A stretch of DNA of 64,000 bases from NCBI GenBank assembly GCA_004431415.1, contig QPMI01000113.1, forward strand, positions 1 to 64,000. The letters are read 5' to 3'. This document shows positions 47,522 to 61,218 of the stretch, piece after piece (positions within the stretch are counted from its first letter, which is position 1; each line of letters starts with the position of its first letter). The position numbers were made by a program, and so were the translations under genes. This DNA is from Cyanophora paradoxa CCMP329 (Eukaryota > Plantae > Glaucophyta). Under the pieces are notes generated by a model. The model did no database searches. It was not told the DNA's origin and saw only the letters and a program-made list of their open reading frames with translations.

Positions 47522-47867
47522 CCGCTGAGCTTTAAGCCTCCGGGCCAGCAGGGGCGAGCGCACGCAAGCAACAGGCATATGCTTAAGCCGAAGCTTGATT
47601 ATGACTTGAGGGGCCGCGCGGGGCGCCGCGCGCGGGGGCGGGGGGTGCAGGTGCTGGTGCGGGAGCGCCCGGAGGCCGTTGCGGCGCTCCTCGTGGCCGC
47701 CGCGGAGTACTACCACGACCGCGACGAGGGCGCCGAGGAGTAGCCGCCCCGGCCCGGCCCCGCCCCCGCCAGGAAAGATATCGATCTCCTCCTCTAGATC
47801 TGGAAATGTGCACGTCGAGCTTGCTCCAAAATCAATCAATTAATATTGGATCAATTGAAATCTTAAT

Positions 47868-50800
47868 TGCACGATCGCGAGTTAAATTAAAAAGCTTTAA
47901 GAAACTAGTGTACTGTACATGTGCACGTGGTTTCGAGAATTCGGTGCACATGGAAACAAGCTTGAAGTATGCTTGAAGCACCCGTGACACATATGCACTG
48001 GCATGTGCATCAAATAAAAACTGGCCTGGCATGAAGGGGTGCCCCCTCCCCACGCACCACTGTTTCCAGCGGCTCGCGATCGGCCGGACCGTAATCGAAG
48101 GCCTAGGATCTGGAGAACCACCCTGGCCGGCAGAGTCCGAGCGGCCGGCACACGGTTACGCGTATACGTAGTTTCAAAGTGAGCGGGAGATCTAGAGTGC
48201 GTAGAATCGATTGCATTAAGTGTAAATTAAATCGGTGGATAGCTATAATTGGGGAAGGACCCCCTTCCCCTTCCCCCACTTGGGGGTGTTCGGGTGCCCA
48301 CCCTAGGCCAAAATGAAATGTCCCGACCTCCCAAAACTCAGGTTTTCTCGCCGGATGCTTGCAAGGCATGTCCCTAGGAGTCCGGAAACGTGTTCCGGGA
48401 CATTCGGGCCCCGTCCGGTGGGCCAGGAATGGGCAATAACATGTTTTCGAAAAATGCGGTCTAGCGCCTCACCAGGTGGCGGTATGTCTGCCGAACCAAG
48501 TGCGCCTAAATGCGCGTAATGAGCCCGACGATTCATGTCATACATGCCGAGACCGAAGGAGCACAGGGTGGCCCGCTAGGCCGCCTCAAGTACCTTTGTA
48601 CTTGCTAGTCCGAGACTCGATCTATCGAAACTCCTGAGAGTTTCGGCCGATTGCTGGGTACACCGCTTGAACGCTGAGGTCCGCTAGGTGCCACGGTGGA
48701 CAAGGAACAGCAGCTTCGTTTGTGCAACAGAGCAGCCGAAAATGCTCCGGCACCGTGCTCGACACCCAAAACGTGCTCGGCACCCATTTCTCCGGCCGCA
48801 AATGCGCGTTGTGCGCCCATATGGCATATGCCTCCGTGCCAGCCTCCATCCGTTGCGCCGCGCTAGCGCGCTCGCGCCCCCGCCTACAGTTCTGACCGGC
48901 CGAAGGCTGCGCGTGCGCGCTGTCGAGCAGATCATGGCCTGTCGTCTGGTTCTCAGCTCCTGTCTCAGCGCTTCGTCGAAGCACCTTAGCTAAACAATTG
49001 CGATCGCTCTCCCGGCGCGGGCCGGGCCGCCACAACGACTCCTCGAGCTCACGTGCTCGTCCGCTCGAGCTCGCGCGCTCGCCGGCGCCGCGGCGCTGCT
49101 TTCGGAACTCTAGCGCATCAGTACGCCATGCTCCACCGCAGTGTGCACATCGAACACCGATTATCTGCCTCCAGCTGCAGCGGCACGCGTCGACCGCCCC
49201 GCCACCCTCTCATTTCCCGCGAGGCGCAGCAGCGAGCGTCGCAGCTGACCATCAACATCGCATCTGTTCCAGGCCATCGGTGCGCATGCTGCACAGCTGT
49301 GCTCGCTTCCTTTGCCAACGGGGAAGGGTCGCATCGCTCATGTTTGCCACCCTCACTCAGTCTTGCAACCGCATGCAATCGACCGGGTCGACGTCGAGCC
49401 TCTAGCAAGCATATGCATCACATCATCTCCAAGACTGCGGCCTCCGCCTCCGGCGCCGCCCCCGCCCGCGCCCCCGTCGCCGGCCCCGGCGGCGCGGCTC
49501 CTCCCGCTCCTGGAGACGACCTATCCGCCATCGCACGCTTCCCCGCGCTCCAGGCGATGGCGGCGGTGGTCTAGCGGCGGCACTCGGGCCGAGACAGCTA
49601 GCTTCGATTCATTGGCCTCCGAGACTCACCCCCCCTCTCTTCTTTCCTTTCTCTTCACCCAGCCCACAAGAGCCCGGCCCCCTCCCCCCGCCTCCCTCCT
49701 CCTCCTCCTCCTCCTTCCCCCCCCCCCCCCCCCCCCCCCCCAAATTTCCCACTGGGCCACCTCTCCCCCCGTTCACGCCGTACGCGTGACGCAGCGCCAA
49801 GGTCTATGTTCCATATGCTCCTGTAAGGCTAGGATCAGACAACTATAGCTAGTTAGCACGTCGCCCCCCTAGGCCTTAAGCTTCCAATTGGAAGTCTCAG
49901 AGCAAGCCTCGCTTGCAATTGGGTGCCTGTTCAAAGTCTACTTCCTAATTGCAACCTGCTCAGAACCTGCTCAGAACTTAGAGGTCCTTCCCCTCCAACA
50001 GGGCCGCTGCGACAGCAGTGTTCCTGTTCCGTTCATTATTATCATAAATAGGGCTCAAAAAGGCCTAGCTAGCTCTGCATCAGAACATGTCTAAACGTTT
50101 GAAACAGTACTAGTGGATGTCTGCAGATATAGATCAGACGAGACTCACGCGAGCGGTGCCGACGCCGGCGCCGGCGGCGCCGCCGCGGTGCACGGAAGGG
50201 AAATATACAGCGCGCTAGCGGCTGTGGCACTCGTCGGAGGTGACGGGCTGTCGTGATGGAAGGCGAGAAGCGGAGGTGCGGCCTCCGGCGAGAGCGCGAG
50301 GTGCTCCATTCGCGACCGCGCGCTGATTATGATCACGATCCAGGCCAGATTTCAAGATCAGAAATTTTTTAAAGGCGACACACTAGCTGCACGATCGCGA
50401 GTTAAATTAAAAAGCTTTAAGAAACTAGTGTACTGTACATGTGCACGTGGTTTCGAGAATTCGGTGCACATGGAAACAAGCTTGAAGTATGCTTGAAGCA
50501 CCCGTGACACATATGCACTGGCATGTGCATCAAATAAATTGGACCTGGCCTGGCATGAAGGGGTGCCCCCTCCCCACGCACCACTGTTTCCAGCGGCTCG
50601 CGATCGGCCGGACCGTAATCGAAGGCCTAGGATCTGGAGAACCACCCTGGCCGGCAGAGTCCGAGCGGCCGGCACACGGTTACGCGTATACGTAGTTTCA
50701 AAGTGAGCGGGAGATCTAGAGTGCGTAGAATCGATTGCATTAAGTGTAAATTAAATCGGTGGATAGCTATATATAATTATTATCATAAATAGGGCTCAAA

Positions 50801-51127
50801 AAGGCCTAGCTAGCTCTGCATCAGAACATGTCTAAACGTTTGAAACAGTACTAGTGGATGTCTGCAGATATAGATCAGACGAGACTCACGCGAGCGGTGC
50901 CGACGCCGGCGCCGGCGGCGCCGCCGCGGTGCACGGAAGGGAAATATACAGCGCGCTAGCGGCTGTGGCACTCGTCGGAGGTGACGGGCTGTCGTGATGG
51001 AAGGCGAGAAGCGGAGGTGCGGCCTCCGGCGAGAGCGCGAGGTGCTCCATTCGCGACCGCGCGCTGATCATGATCACGATCCAGGCCAGATTTCAAGATC
51101 AGAAATTTTTTAAAGGCGACACACTAG
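47868..51127. repeat. Near-identical local duplications: block A (47868-48247, 50388-50771) and block B (50035-50386, 50777-51127)
   Basis: Direct sequence matches, with only a short indel/substitution between copies. Order A...B-A-B. Confidence 0.9.
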
Positions 51128-52122
51128 TACTGGAAAATAAATTTAAATTTATAGGACCGGGACGCGCATGCGCACCCGATGAGTTGGAGAGCAACGGGAG
51201 ACCTAGATCTAGATCTAGAGCTCGAGCCCGGGGAGCTCGAGGCGCTGGCGCTCCTGGATCCGGAGCGCGGAGGCAGGGCGCTCAGGCGCTCGGCAACGGC
51301 GTGCACGATCGCGAGCTCGAACCGGCCGTCGCCTCGCTCGCGTTCGGGCGCGAAGGCCAGCGGGGAGCGGGCGGGGGTCGGAGACGGCGGTGGCACGCGA
51401 AGAATCGAAGGGTTCGACCCACTGTACATGTTGCCCATGGCCACCGCGAAAGTAGGCGGAAGACCTGCGATATCGATTGTACATGTGTGTCACATGCATA
51501 TGCGTGTATATCGACTGCAGCTGTACATGTATGGACAGATGCAGCGGGGCGAATGCATATGCGAACGGCCGGGCCGCCGGGCCCGGGCCGCGGCCCGGCG
51601 CGCGCGAGGTCGGAGGCGGCGCACGATTATCGAGCTCCGCGTGGTCAACACAAGGCATGTTAGATGGTCGCGAGGCCCAGCTGCAGCTGCAGGTTCAGGA
51701 GCTGCGAATGCGCTGGCGGGAACCCGCGGCCGTCATGATCAGCACGCGAAAAACGCGCGCCCCGGACCCCAGCCCTCAGCGCGGACCGCGAAACGCCGCC
51801 CCCGCGCTGGAATATATCAGAGTGCCTCGAAGAAATTGCACGCGCGAGCGGCGCCGCGCGAAAAGCGCCCGGCGGCCGGATTTCGATGCAGCTGGTCGAC
51901 GTCGGCGCCCTGGCCCGCTGGGACAGCGCCCGTTGCTTACAGTTGCACTGAGGACGGTTGGGCAACGCCGCGGATGTGCTACGCGCTGGAGGCTGGTCTA
52001 CAGATACGACGCTGTCGCCGGTATTGATCGAATTCGCAAATTTCGCAGCCTTGGGGTACATGCATCATTCACTGGGGTACTGGCGCCGGGCGAACTTGCG
52101 GCCAGGGATCTACACAGGCTCG

Positions 52123-55098
52123 ATGAGCTCCGCGCGGTCGCAGAAGCAGCTCCCGCGTCAACATGCGAGCGCCGCGTCGATGCGCCCGCGCGAGCAGGGC
52201 CCTGTCGTCACGCCGGAGCCGCCGGAGACCGGGACCGCCGGAGGAGAAGCCGGAGACGAGACGCCCGACGTGGACATGCTCCTCGACGCGGCGAGGGCAG
52301 AGGATCCACGTGCCAAGCGCGAGCGCCGCCAGGGCCGGCGCGCCCGCGGCCGCGCAAGGCCAAAAGTGCGGCGCAGAGAGCGCGCGGCATTTCGGCGGTC
52401 TTGATTCGAGCCGCAGAGCGACCCGAGCGACGACGCGAGCGAGGGCGACGACTACAGCGAGCCGCGCCGCCTTACCGCTGCAGAGAGGCGCGCCGGGGTC
52501 CCCGAACGGCATGGGCACGTCCGTTCTCCGGCTGATGTCTCGGCGCAGGGAGCGGCTCCGCCTCAAGCGCCCGGGTGCGCGTGCTTGCGGCTCACTAGAT
52601 TTTGGTCTGTCCCCAACGGGCTCGCGATCGCCGCGGGCCGCTCACGCCTGTCCGGATCCACGCCGACAATCGTCACGCGTACAGCGAATGCCTTCTTGAT
52701 GTGGCACGTGAGAAGATACCTCAGCTGTGAGCTGCAGGGTCGCGCCCCGCTCACGGCCAATTGCCTGCGCAGGTGCTCCGGTGAGCGGGGCCGGCTGCCG
52801 CCCCGCGCCTGCCGTCGCCGCCCCGCTCCCGCGCGCGCAGAGCCGATCCGCCGCGGCGCGCATGCGCAGACACGCGGCCCCAGCTCCGCGCCAAGTGGCC
52901 GGGCTCGCACCCCGCCCCTCCCCGGCCTCTCCCGCCCCGCCGCGGCCCCCGCCCCCCCGACTTGCTTCTGACGGGGCGCAGGGGTGACCAACGCCGAGCT
53001 CTCGGGCGTGCTGGGCCGGATGTGGAAGGCCCTCCCGGAGGCCGAGCGCCAGCGCTACCTCGACCAGTGCGCCCACACCGATTTCTCGCGCCCCCGCCGC
53101 CCTCTGCCTCGCCGCCCCCAGCATTGCCCCGCAGTGCACACAAGCTCCGCGACGATTTTGATCGGTACCCCTCTCCCGCTTCTCCCTCCGCCTATCCTGC
53201 TCGGCCCAATCTCGGCCTCGCAGGAAGTACCCCGATTACGTTCCGCCGACTAAGGTATCCATCCCTCCGGCGCGCCTCGACGGGGTTCGCGAGCTGTAGC
53301 CCCCGCCGGCAGCAGCACCCGGGGAGGAAGCGCAAGCGAGCGCGGGAGGCGGCCGCCGCAGCGGGGCGCCTGGCCGCGGCCGGTGCGGCCTCTTCGTGCC
53401 ACCTTCCGCCCCGCTCCGTGCCCCTCACGGGCTCACCCCCCACGTAGAGTCGCCGCCACTGCTCCCGGTGTCGCCGGCCCCGCCGGCGCCCCGCGCGGCC
53501 GCGCGCGCCGCTCTCGCTGCCGTCTCGCGGCATCGGAGCGCGGGGCCGAGCCCGGGGGCGGGGGCGGGGCGCGGGGCGCGGGGGCACCCCGATGGAGGAG
53601 GAGGGGCGGAGGAGGACGAGGAGGGGGCGGAGGAGAGCGAGGAGGACGCCGAGCGCGAGGAGGCGGGCGCAGCGCCCTCGCCCTCGCCCTCGCCCCGCGC
53701 GCGATGATTGGGCGGCCGCGCAGGAGGAGGAGTGGCTCCCGGAGGAGTCGGACGAGGGCGAGGCCGGCGACGAGGAGGAGGCGGCGGCGGGGACGCCGCC
53801 GCCAGCAGCGCCGACGAGCGCACGCTCCCCTCCCCCGCCCCCGCCGCCCCCCGCCCGGCCGCCCGCCCCGCGCCCCGCCCATCCACGCTGCGGTCGCCGC
53901 GCCGGCCGTCGGCGTCGCGCCGGGGCGCCCGGCCGTGGGCTTCCGCCCTGCGAACCGCGTCTCCTCCTCCTCCTCGGATGCCGCCGCCGGCGTGGCGATC
54001 CCCGTCCGCGCGCCGGCGCCCTCGGCGGGGCGGGGGCGGGCGTGCGGAGGGCGGGGCCGGCTGGGGCGGCGGGGCGGGGGGCGGGGCGGTGCTCGTCGTC
54101 GTCGTCGGAGGCGGCGTCGGGGGCGCGTGGCCGCCGCGGGGCGCCCCGGGGCCCTCGGACGAGGCGAGGGCGACGCGGGCGACCTCCTCTCCGACGCCGC
54201 CGGCTCCGACGTGCCGCGCCCCGCCCCCGCCCGCCGCCCCGCGTGGCCCCGCCTGAGGGCCGGGCGGGGCGCAGCTGGAGGAGCTGCTGCGGCACTTCGC
54301 CTCGGCGACCTCCCGCGGCGCCCTCACCGCCCCGCCACGCCCCTCTTCGCACCCATACCCTCCCCGCCCGCCCCGCCCCCCTCCGCCCCGCCCCGCCCCG
54401 CCCCGCCCCGGCCCCGCCCGCCCCGGCGAAGCTGCCGGTGCCGCTGCCGGTGCCGCTGGCGGCCGTGCACGCGCCGATCCCGAAGGCGCGGGGACCCGGC
54501 GAGGGGCGCGCGGCGCGCCGGCCCCCGCCGGGCCCCTTCATCCCGGAGTCCTTCCTCTCCCTCGCCCGCGAGGGCCCCCCTCCCCCGGCCTCCCCCTCAG
54601 CTTCTTCCCCTCCGCTCCTCCCGGGTGCCGTCCCCGCGCCCGGCACCGCCTTCGCCGGCAGCCGACGCGCGTGCGTGCAGACCTGTTCGGGAGCGCGTTC
54701 AGCCCAATCGCGCGCACGCCAGAACCCTTCGCGGTCTCCGCGCTGGAGGGCCACGGCTCCGCCCGCGGCGCGCCCTCCCTCGCCCGCGCCTGCTCCCCTG
54801 CCCCGCCGACCTTCGCCGCAGCCGTCGGGAGCCCGGGGACGACGGCGTGGCCCACCCCGGGCCCCGGCGCGCGCTGCTGGCCCCGCCCCGCCGATACCCT
54901 AGGCGCCCGCGAGGTGCCGGCTGACGGGGGCGGCGGGGGCAGGCCTCGAGGAGGGCGGGGCGTCGCCCCTCGGGCTGGCTGACCGCGACCTGCAGGCCGA
55001 GGCGCCCTGCGACGTTGGCGCCGACGGTGCGCCTCTCCCGCCCCCTCCAGCCTGACACTCGCCGCCGCCCTCGCTCAGCCATCGCGCGCAGCCGCTGA
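52123..55098 (+). CDS. HMG-box protein of the sequence-specific SOX/TCF/MATA class (ends uncertain)
   Basis: Spliced RTANAFLMW|CS|DTRPQLRAKWP|GVTNAELSGVLGRMWKALPEAERQRYLD...HKLRDDFDR|KYPDYVP (52678-53252), flanked by acidic and Pro-rich low-complexity sequence. Confidence 0.75.
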
Positions 55099-56129
55099 AC
55101 CGCCCCCCCCTGCCGTGGCCGGCGCCTGACCGGCCGCGGCCAGCGGAGGGGGAGAAGGGCCAGTCTCCCCTTACGCTGGGGGCCGGCGGAGAGACGTCTT
55201 CCGGAGCGAGCGTCCGGCGCTCCTTCGGGAATAAATGCAGCCGCAGCCCGACCAGGGATCAACACCGCGCCGCCAACACCGGTACCAAGCAGACTCGAGC
55301 TCGGAGACCTTGAATTCTGGAGAATAAATATATATATTTCAGATGTAATTATAAGTAACGTAGACCTAGGATGCGTCGTGCTGCGCACTGCGGCATTTTG
55401 TTTCGAGCGCAGATACCTGTCGAATCCTGGAATCTAAATTGGGATTTAGACGCAGACTCCCCATCATGGCATGGCCCACCGTGGCACTCATGATAAGTCC
55501 AGTCGAAACGTCCGGACGATTTTCGAACTCCACAAATTGGCAAATCATGCCTTTGCCTTTGCAATTGGTTCCGGGCGTACGCGTGACACGCGATGTTCGC
55601 TATACTATGATTGCAAGGGGGGGTCAGCTGCTCAAACCCCCCTTGCTACCCGTCGCCGGGCCGTCGGATTGTCTGTCACGCTGTCTTAAGCCGGCCAGTT
55701 CGCAAGTCGGCCTTTTTTCCGTCGGCAAAAGTCTTTTTACGGTACCCATGATGCCAGCTGGGGCCGCCGCCGGCCCGCACGCGCGCCGGGCGGCCCGCGC
55801 GCGGCCGGGCCTGCCCGCGCGCGGCCCAGAACATGCCAGCGCTAGCTAGCGTTCGCTAGGAGAGCCGCAGTGCGCACGCCACATCATCTAGCTAGATTTG
55901 CAAGCGCGGCCATGGCCATGGCCAAGATACAACGCAGCCCTCCGTCCGACGGTCGCCCGCCGGCATGCGATCGAGTCTGCGGCCGCGGGGGCCAAGCCCG
56001 CGGCCAAGGAGGACTCCGGGAAGCCGCTAGCTATAGACCGGCAGCGAGTTTGACCGCGGAAGATCTAGCGAGAGCGACTCGGCGAGGGCGCTAGCGCTAT
56101 GCAGCCGGCAACAAGCTAATCGGCCGCTG

Positions 56130-56880
56130 CCGCAGCGGGCGGCGCGGCTCTTAGCTTCGGGCGGGGCGGAGGCGCGGCGGGCGGCGGCGCGGCTCGCCGG
56201 GCGAGGCGGGGACGCTGCGGGCAGCGGCGCGGCTTGCCGCCGAGTCGCCGGCGGGGCGGAGGCGCGGCGGGCAGCGGCGCGGCTCGCCGGGCGGGGCGGA
56301 GGCGCGGCGGGCGGCGGCGCGGCTCCCCGGGCAGGGCGGAGGCGCGGCGGGCGGCGGCGCGGCTCGACGGGCGGGGCGGGGACGCGGCGGGCAGCGGCGC
56401 GGCTCGCCGGGCGAGGCGTGGACGCTGCGGACAGCGGCGCGGCTTGCCGCCGAGTCGCCGGGCGGGGCGGAGGCGCGGCGGGCAGCGGCGCGGCTCGCCG
56501 GGCGGGCGGAGGCGCGGTGGGCGGCGACGCGGCTCCCCGGGCAGGGCGGAGGCGCGGCGGGCGACGGCGCGGCTCCCCGGGCAGGGCGGAGGCGCGGCGG
56601 GCGGCGGCGCGGCTCGACGGGCGGGGCGCGGACGCGGCGGGCAACGGCGCGGCTCGACGGGCGGGGCGGAGGCGCGGCTCGGCGGACGGGGCGGAGCGCG
56701 GGCCGATCGGGGCGGAGGCGCAGTGGGCGCGCGGCGCGGCCGCGCGGGGCGGACCGGAGGCGGAGGCGCGGCGCTGGCGGGCGGCGCGCGGCACGGCTCG
56801 CGGCGGCGCGGCTCGACTGGCGGGGCGGAGGCGCGACTCGCCGGGCGGGGCGGAGGCACGGTGGCCATGGGCGGCCGCCG
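56130..56880. repeat. GC-rich minisatellite with a ~40-41-bp unit
   Basis: GCGGGGCGGAGGCGCGGCGGGCGGCGGCGCGGCTCGCCGG repeated about 15 times with variants. Confidence 0.85.
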
Positions 56881-57511
56881 GGCGGCGCTGCGCGCAGGCG
56901 CAGCTGCAGGCCTACGCCTAGCGGGCGTATATCTAGAAAGCCGCTGAGCAGTTCTTAGTTGTTGTATTCTGTCAACGTTCCTAGTTTAGACCCCACCTTG
57001 CACCTCCTGAGACGAGCAGGCGCGGGGCGAGTCGAAGACCTAGTAGATCATCGGATAGCCATCTTCGTATAGCTGTTGACTAGTATGCCTGGCCATGACC
57101 ATGGCTATGTGTTAGATCAGCTAGATCATCGGATATCGATATCGATTTCATGATCAATTGGCCAGTGGTGGAATACATTTCTCATGACTCGTCAGTGATC
57201 AGCCTGCATATGCATGGCACTGCGGCAGCTAGCGCTAAGCTAGCGCTCAGATTCCGAGTTCGCGAGCGACGTTCGCGAGTTCGAGTACGTCGACGTCGAC
57301 GCGGAGGCGCAGCTGCAGGGCGCGACTGGGGTCCGACGGTCGTCATCGTGGGCTCGGCGACCCCGGCCTTGGACCCGGCGACCGCCGGACGGGGGATCCG
57401 GATCCGGAGGCGCTGGGCCTAGTTAGCGTGACGTCAACACGGGTTCGTGCACGTGATGCTCGCAGGTGTACGTGTGCTTCACTGAGCTCGTGCACAGTGC
57501 ACGCGTCTACT

Positions 57512-57665
57512 TGCGCAGACACGCGGCCCCAGCTCCGCGCCAAGTGGCCGGGCTCGCACCCCGCCCCTCCCCCGCCTCTCCCGCCCTGCCGCGGCCACCG
57601 CCCCCCCGACTCGCTTCTGACGGCTCGCAGGGGTGACCAACGCCGAGCTCTCGGGCGTGCTGGGC
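57512..57665 (+). pseudogene. Truncated, intron-containing duplicate of the HMG-box exons
   Basis: Matches 52863-53016 including the intron, and breaks off after GVLG. Confidence 0.8.
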
Positions 57666-57713
57666 AAACGTGTCTCGCATTTATCGACTCCGATCGACGG
57701 GACAGGGCGGGGC

Positions 57714-60700
57714 CTACAGGACGAACTCGAAGCCATCGGGGTCGACGAGCGTCCAGCCGAGCTCCTCCTGCGCGGCGCGTCAGCGGGGGCGGGGCGGGCG
57801 GGGGCGCGGCCGCGGCGCACGGCGTCGAGGAGGTCCTCGGGGGCGGCGTGGGCGACCCCGGCGGCGGCGGCGGCCCCGCGACGGCCCCCAGGGCGGGGCC
57901 GGGGCGACCTCGAGGCCCGAGCCGGCGGCGAAGGCGATGAACTCCTCGAGCTCCTCCATCGCCTCCGCGTCCAGCCGCAGGCCCGGCGCCCCCTGCACCG
58001 CACCCAGCGCCCGCGCCGCGTACCCGTCCCCCGCCTCCACCCGCACCCCGCCCGTCTGCGGGGCGCTCAGGGCGAGAGAAAGGGCGGGGCGCCTCGTGGG
58101 CACCTTGACGGCCTGCAGGGCGGCGAGGGTCGAGCTCGGGCCCCCGTACGTGACCGGGGCCGGGCGCGCCGTCGCCACCGGCGGGTCAAGGGCGGCGGCG
58201 GGCGGCGGCGACGCCGGGGCCCTCCGGGGCGTAGAAGGGGTTCAGGTGCGGGTGCTGGAGGTGCGCCGCCGCCGAGGGCACGCCGGCGGGGCCGGGCACC
58301 GCCAGCGGGGGCGGGGGCGGGGGCGGCTGGATCAGCCCGACCGCTAGCGCCTCCGCCTCCTCCGCAGCCTCCGCCTCCTCCGCAGATTCGCCCTCCGCCT
58401 CCTCCGCCGCCTCCCCGGCATCGTCCGCCTGCTCGCCGGCCGCCTCGTCCTCGCCCGTGGCGCCCTCCTCGCCCTCGGCGGCCTCGACCTCCTCGCCGGC
58501 CTCCTCCTCCTCGGCGGCCGGCTCGGCGGGCGGCGGGGGCGGCACGAAGCCGGGCGGGGGCGGCAGGAGCATCACGGCCCCCTGCGGCCCCTCCTCCTCG
58601 GGGGCCGCCTCCGCCTCCTCGCCCTCTTCGGCCGGCTCACCGGCGGCCTCGGGCTCGCCCTCCTCGCCCTCGGCCGGCTGCTCCGCGGCGCCGGCAGCCG
58701 CCGCCTCGCCCTCGGCGGCCCATCCGCCTCGTCCTCCGCGCCGCCCTCCGCCTCGGGCTCGGCCTCCTCGGCCGGCTCGGCCTCCTCGGCCGTCGCCTCG
58801 GCCTCCTTCGCCTCGGGCGCCTCCGCCTCGGGCGCCGCCGCCTCCGCCTCGGGCGCCGCCGCCTCCGCGCCGGCCTCCGCCGCGCCCTCAACGGCCTTCT
58901 CCTCGTCGGCCGCCTCCGCCTCCTCGGCGGCCTCGCCCTCCCCGCCCGCAGGCGCCGCAGCAGCCGCGCCCTCCGCGGCGGCCGCGGGGGGGCCCTCGGC
59001 GGGGGCGGGGTCGGTGGTGAAGCGGGCGACGAAGCCGGCGCCCTGGCCGGCCTCGTCGGCGCGGAAGACGACCGTCATCGCCCCCGACGCCGCCGTCACC
59101 TCCCCCGCCGGCACCGGCCGCACGTCGTTCACCTCCAGCCCCGTGAAGCTCCCCAGCAGCCGCCCCCCCTCCTCCCCGTCCCACACCTCCAGCTTGTCGT
59201 ACCCCGTCTCCAGCGCGAACCCGGGCTCGAACTTGAGCCGCACCGCCCCGTCCCCCTCGGGGTCGATGTGCCTGCGGCCGGCCGCGCGTCGGCGGCCGGC
59301 CCCACGGACGTGACGGGGGCGCATCGCACCAGACGCAGTGCTGGTGAGGGGAGTAGACGCCGGGCCCGTCGCTGATGGCCCCCTCCGGGTGGTGCACGTA
59401 GAGGACCCCGGCGCACGTCTGCGGCCGGCCCCGCGTCGGCGTCGGCGGCGGGCACGCGGGAGAGCGGGCGGCGGCGCGGCACCTCGCGCTCGGTGGGCGG
59501 GGGCGTCGGGGCGGTGCGGAACTGGACGCCGCCCTGGCCGGCCGGGTGGAAGCCGAAGAAGCCCGTGCTCACCGGCTCGAACGCCGCCGGCACCTCCACC
59601 GGCGCCGGCGCCGGCACCCGCACCGTCCCGAAGTCCTGCCCCGCAGCGTCGGGCGGGGCGCAGGGGAGGGGGCGGGGCGGGGCGGGGCGGGGCGGGGCGG
59701 ACGGTGCCCTCGACGATGATGCCGTCGCCATCGCGGTCGGGGATGGCGGCGTGGTCGAGGGCCGCGATGACGGGCGCCGCCCGCTGCGCGTACGCCGCCT
59801 CCATCGCCGACGTCAGCTCCGCCGCCTTCGCCGCCGCCGCCGCCCCGCTCGTCCCCGCCTGCTTCACCGCCGCCATCGCCCGCCGCGCCGCGTACGCGTC
59901 CGACCCCTCCCCCTGCCCCCCCTCCTCCTCCTCCGCCTCCCCGGGGGCGCCCTCCTCGTCGACCTCGGGGCCGGGGGCGGCCTCGGGGGCGGGGAGCACG
60001 ACGGGGCGCTGCTTGAGGAGGGCGAGCATCTCAGCGGCGCGCCCGCCCGAGCTCGTCACCTCCTCCACCGCCTTCGCGTGCGCCCCGGCGCCCCCGGCCC
60101 CCATCGAGTAGAGCGACGCCACCGTCTGCATCCCCTTGCTGTCCGCCCACGCCGCCGCCCCCGGCGCGGCCACCACGGCGGCCCCCGGCGGCATGGGCGA
60201 GCCGAGCTCGACGGTGTGGTAGGTCACGACGTAGTCCTCGCGCGGCGGGGGCGGCGGGGGCGGCAGCGCCAGCTCCACCGCCATCTGCACGGGCTCCGCC
60301 GGCTCCGCCTCCTCCTCGCTCCCCTCCTCGACGCTCTCCTCCCGCTCCTCGGCCACCTCGCCCTCGCCGCCGCCGGCGCCCTCCTCGCCCTCGCCGGCGC
60401 CCTCCTCGGCAGTCTCCTCCGCGATCTCGTCGCCCTCCTCGGCAGCCGCGGCGGCGTCGTCGGCCGACTCCTCGCCGGCGCCCTCGCCGCCCTCGTGCTC
60501 TTCGGCGACCTCGCCGGCCTGCTCATCGCCCCCGGCCTCGCCGTCCTCCGGCTGCTCGGCCGGCTCCGGCTGCCCCGGCTGCTGCTCCGGCTCGCCCTCC
60601 TCCAGATTCTCGTCCACGCGCTGGATCATGTCGTCGACCTGCCGCTCCTCGACCTTCACGCCGAAGACCCGAAGCGCTGCGCGCCGCGTCAGCCGGCCAC

Positions 60701-61010
60701 ACCGGCCGCACCAACGCGAGTTGCAACACCTTTATCAATCTTGTCAGCAAGAGAGCTCAGGTCCACGACGCCAGGCAGACTCGTGGCCGTCAGGTGCGGC
60801 GTTTCCTCGCCGCTGTACACGTAAAACGAGTTGTCTTCGTCTGGCTCCGGCAAAGGAGCAGTCGGTGCGATGGGCTCCGGCTCGAAGAACGCCTCGCGGG
60901 GAGCGGCCTGCGATGGCGGGGTCGCAACGGACGACCCCAGCAACCGCGCGCTGCGGCCTGGACTCACGCTGACAACTGGTCCAGGAAGGACGGACTCTCG
61001 GGCGAGAGCG
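57714..61010 (-). CDS. Acidic Glu/Ala/Pro-rich protein with one CUB domain (start not located)
   Basis: GAISDGPGVYSPHQHCVW|HIDPEGDGAVRLKFEPGFALETGYDKLEVWDG...LLGSFTG...MTVVFRAD...GFVARF. Last exon EELGWTLVDPDGFEFVL*. Confidence 0.7.
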
Positions 61011-61218
61011 AGCCTGCCTCCGCCGAGATGAAGGGATGCCGCGAGCTGCTCAGCAAAGTCCTCCGACGAGGTCAGGAACGCTTGAATCGCCTCAGGAAGA
61101 GCTCGTTGCTCTCCTGACGCTTTCACGCTGAACGCAGCCACAACGCCCGCCAGCTTACGACCAACAACGCCGCCGCTGGGACGCCTGTACCCTGGTTGGG
61201 GGGAATCAGCGGGCGACG

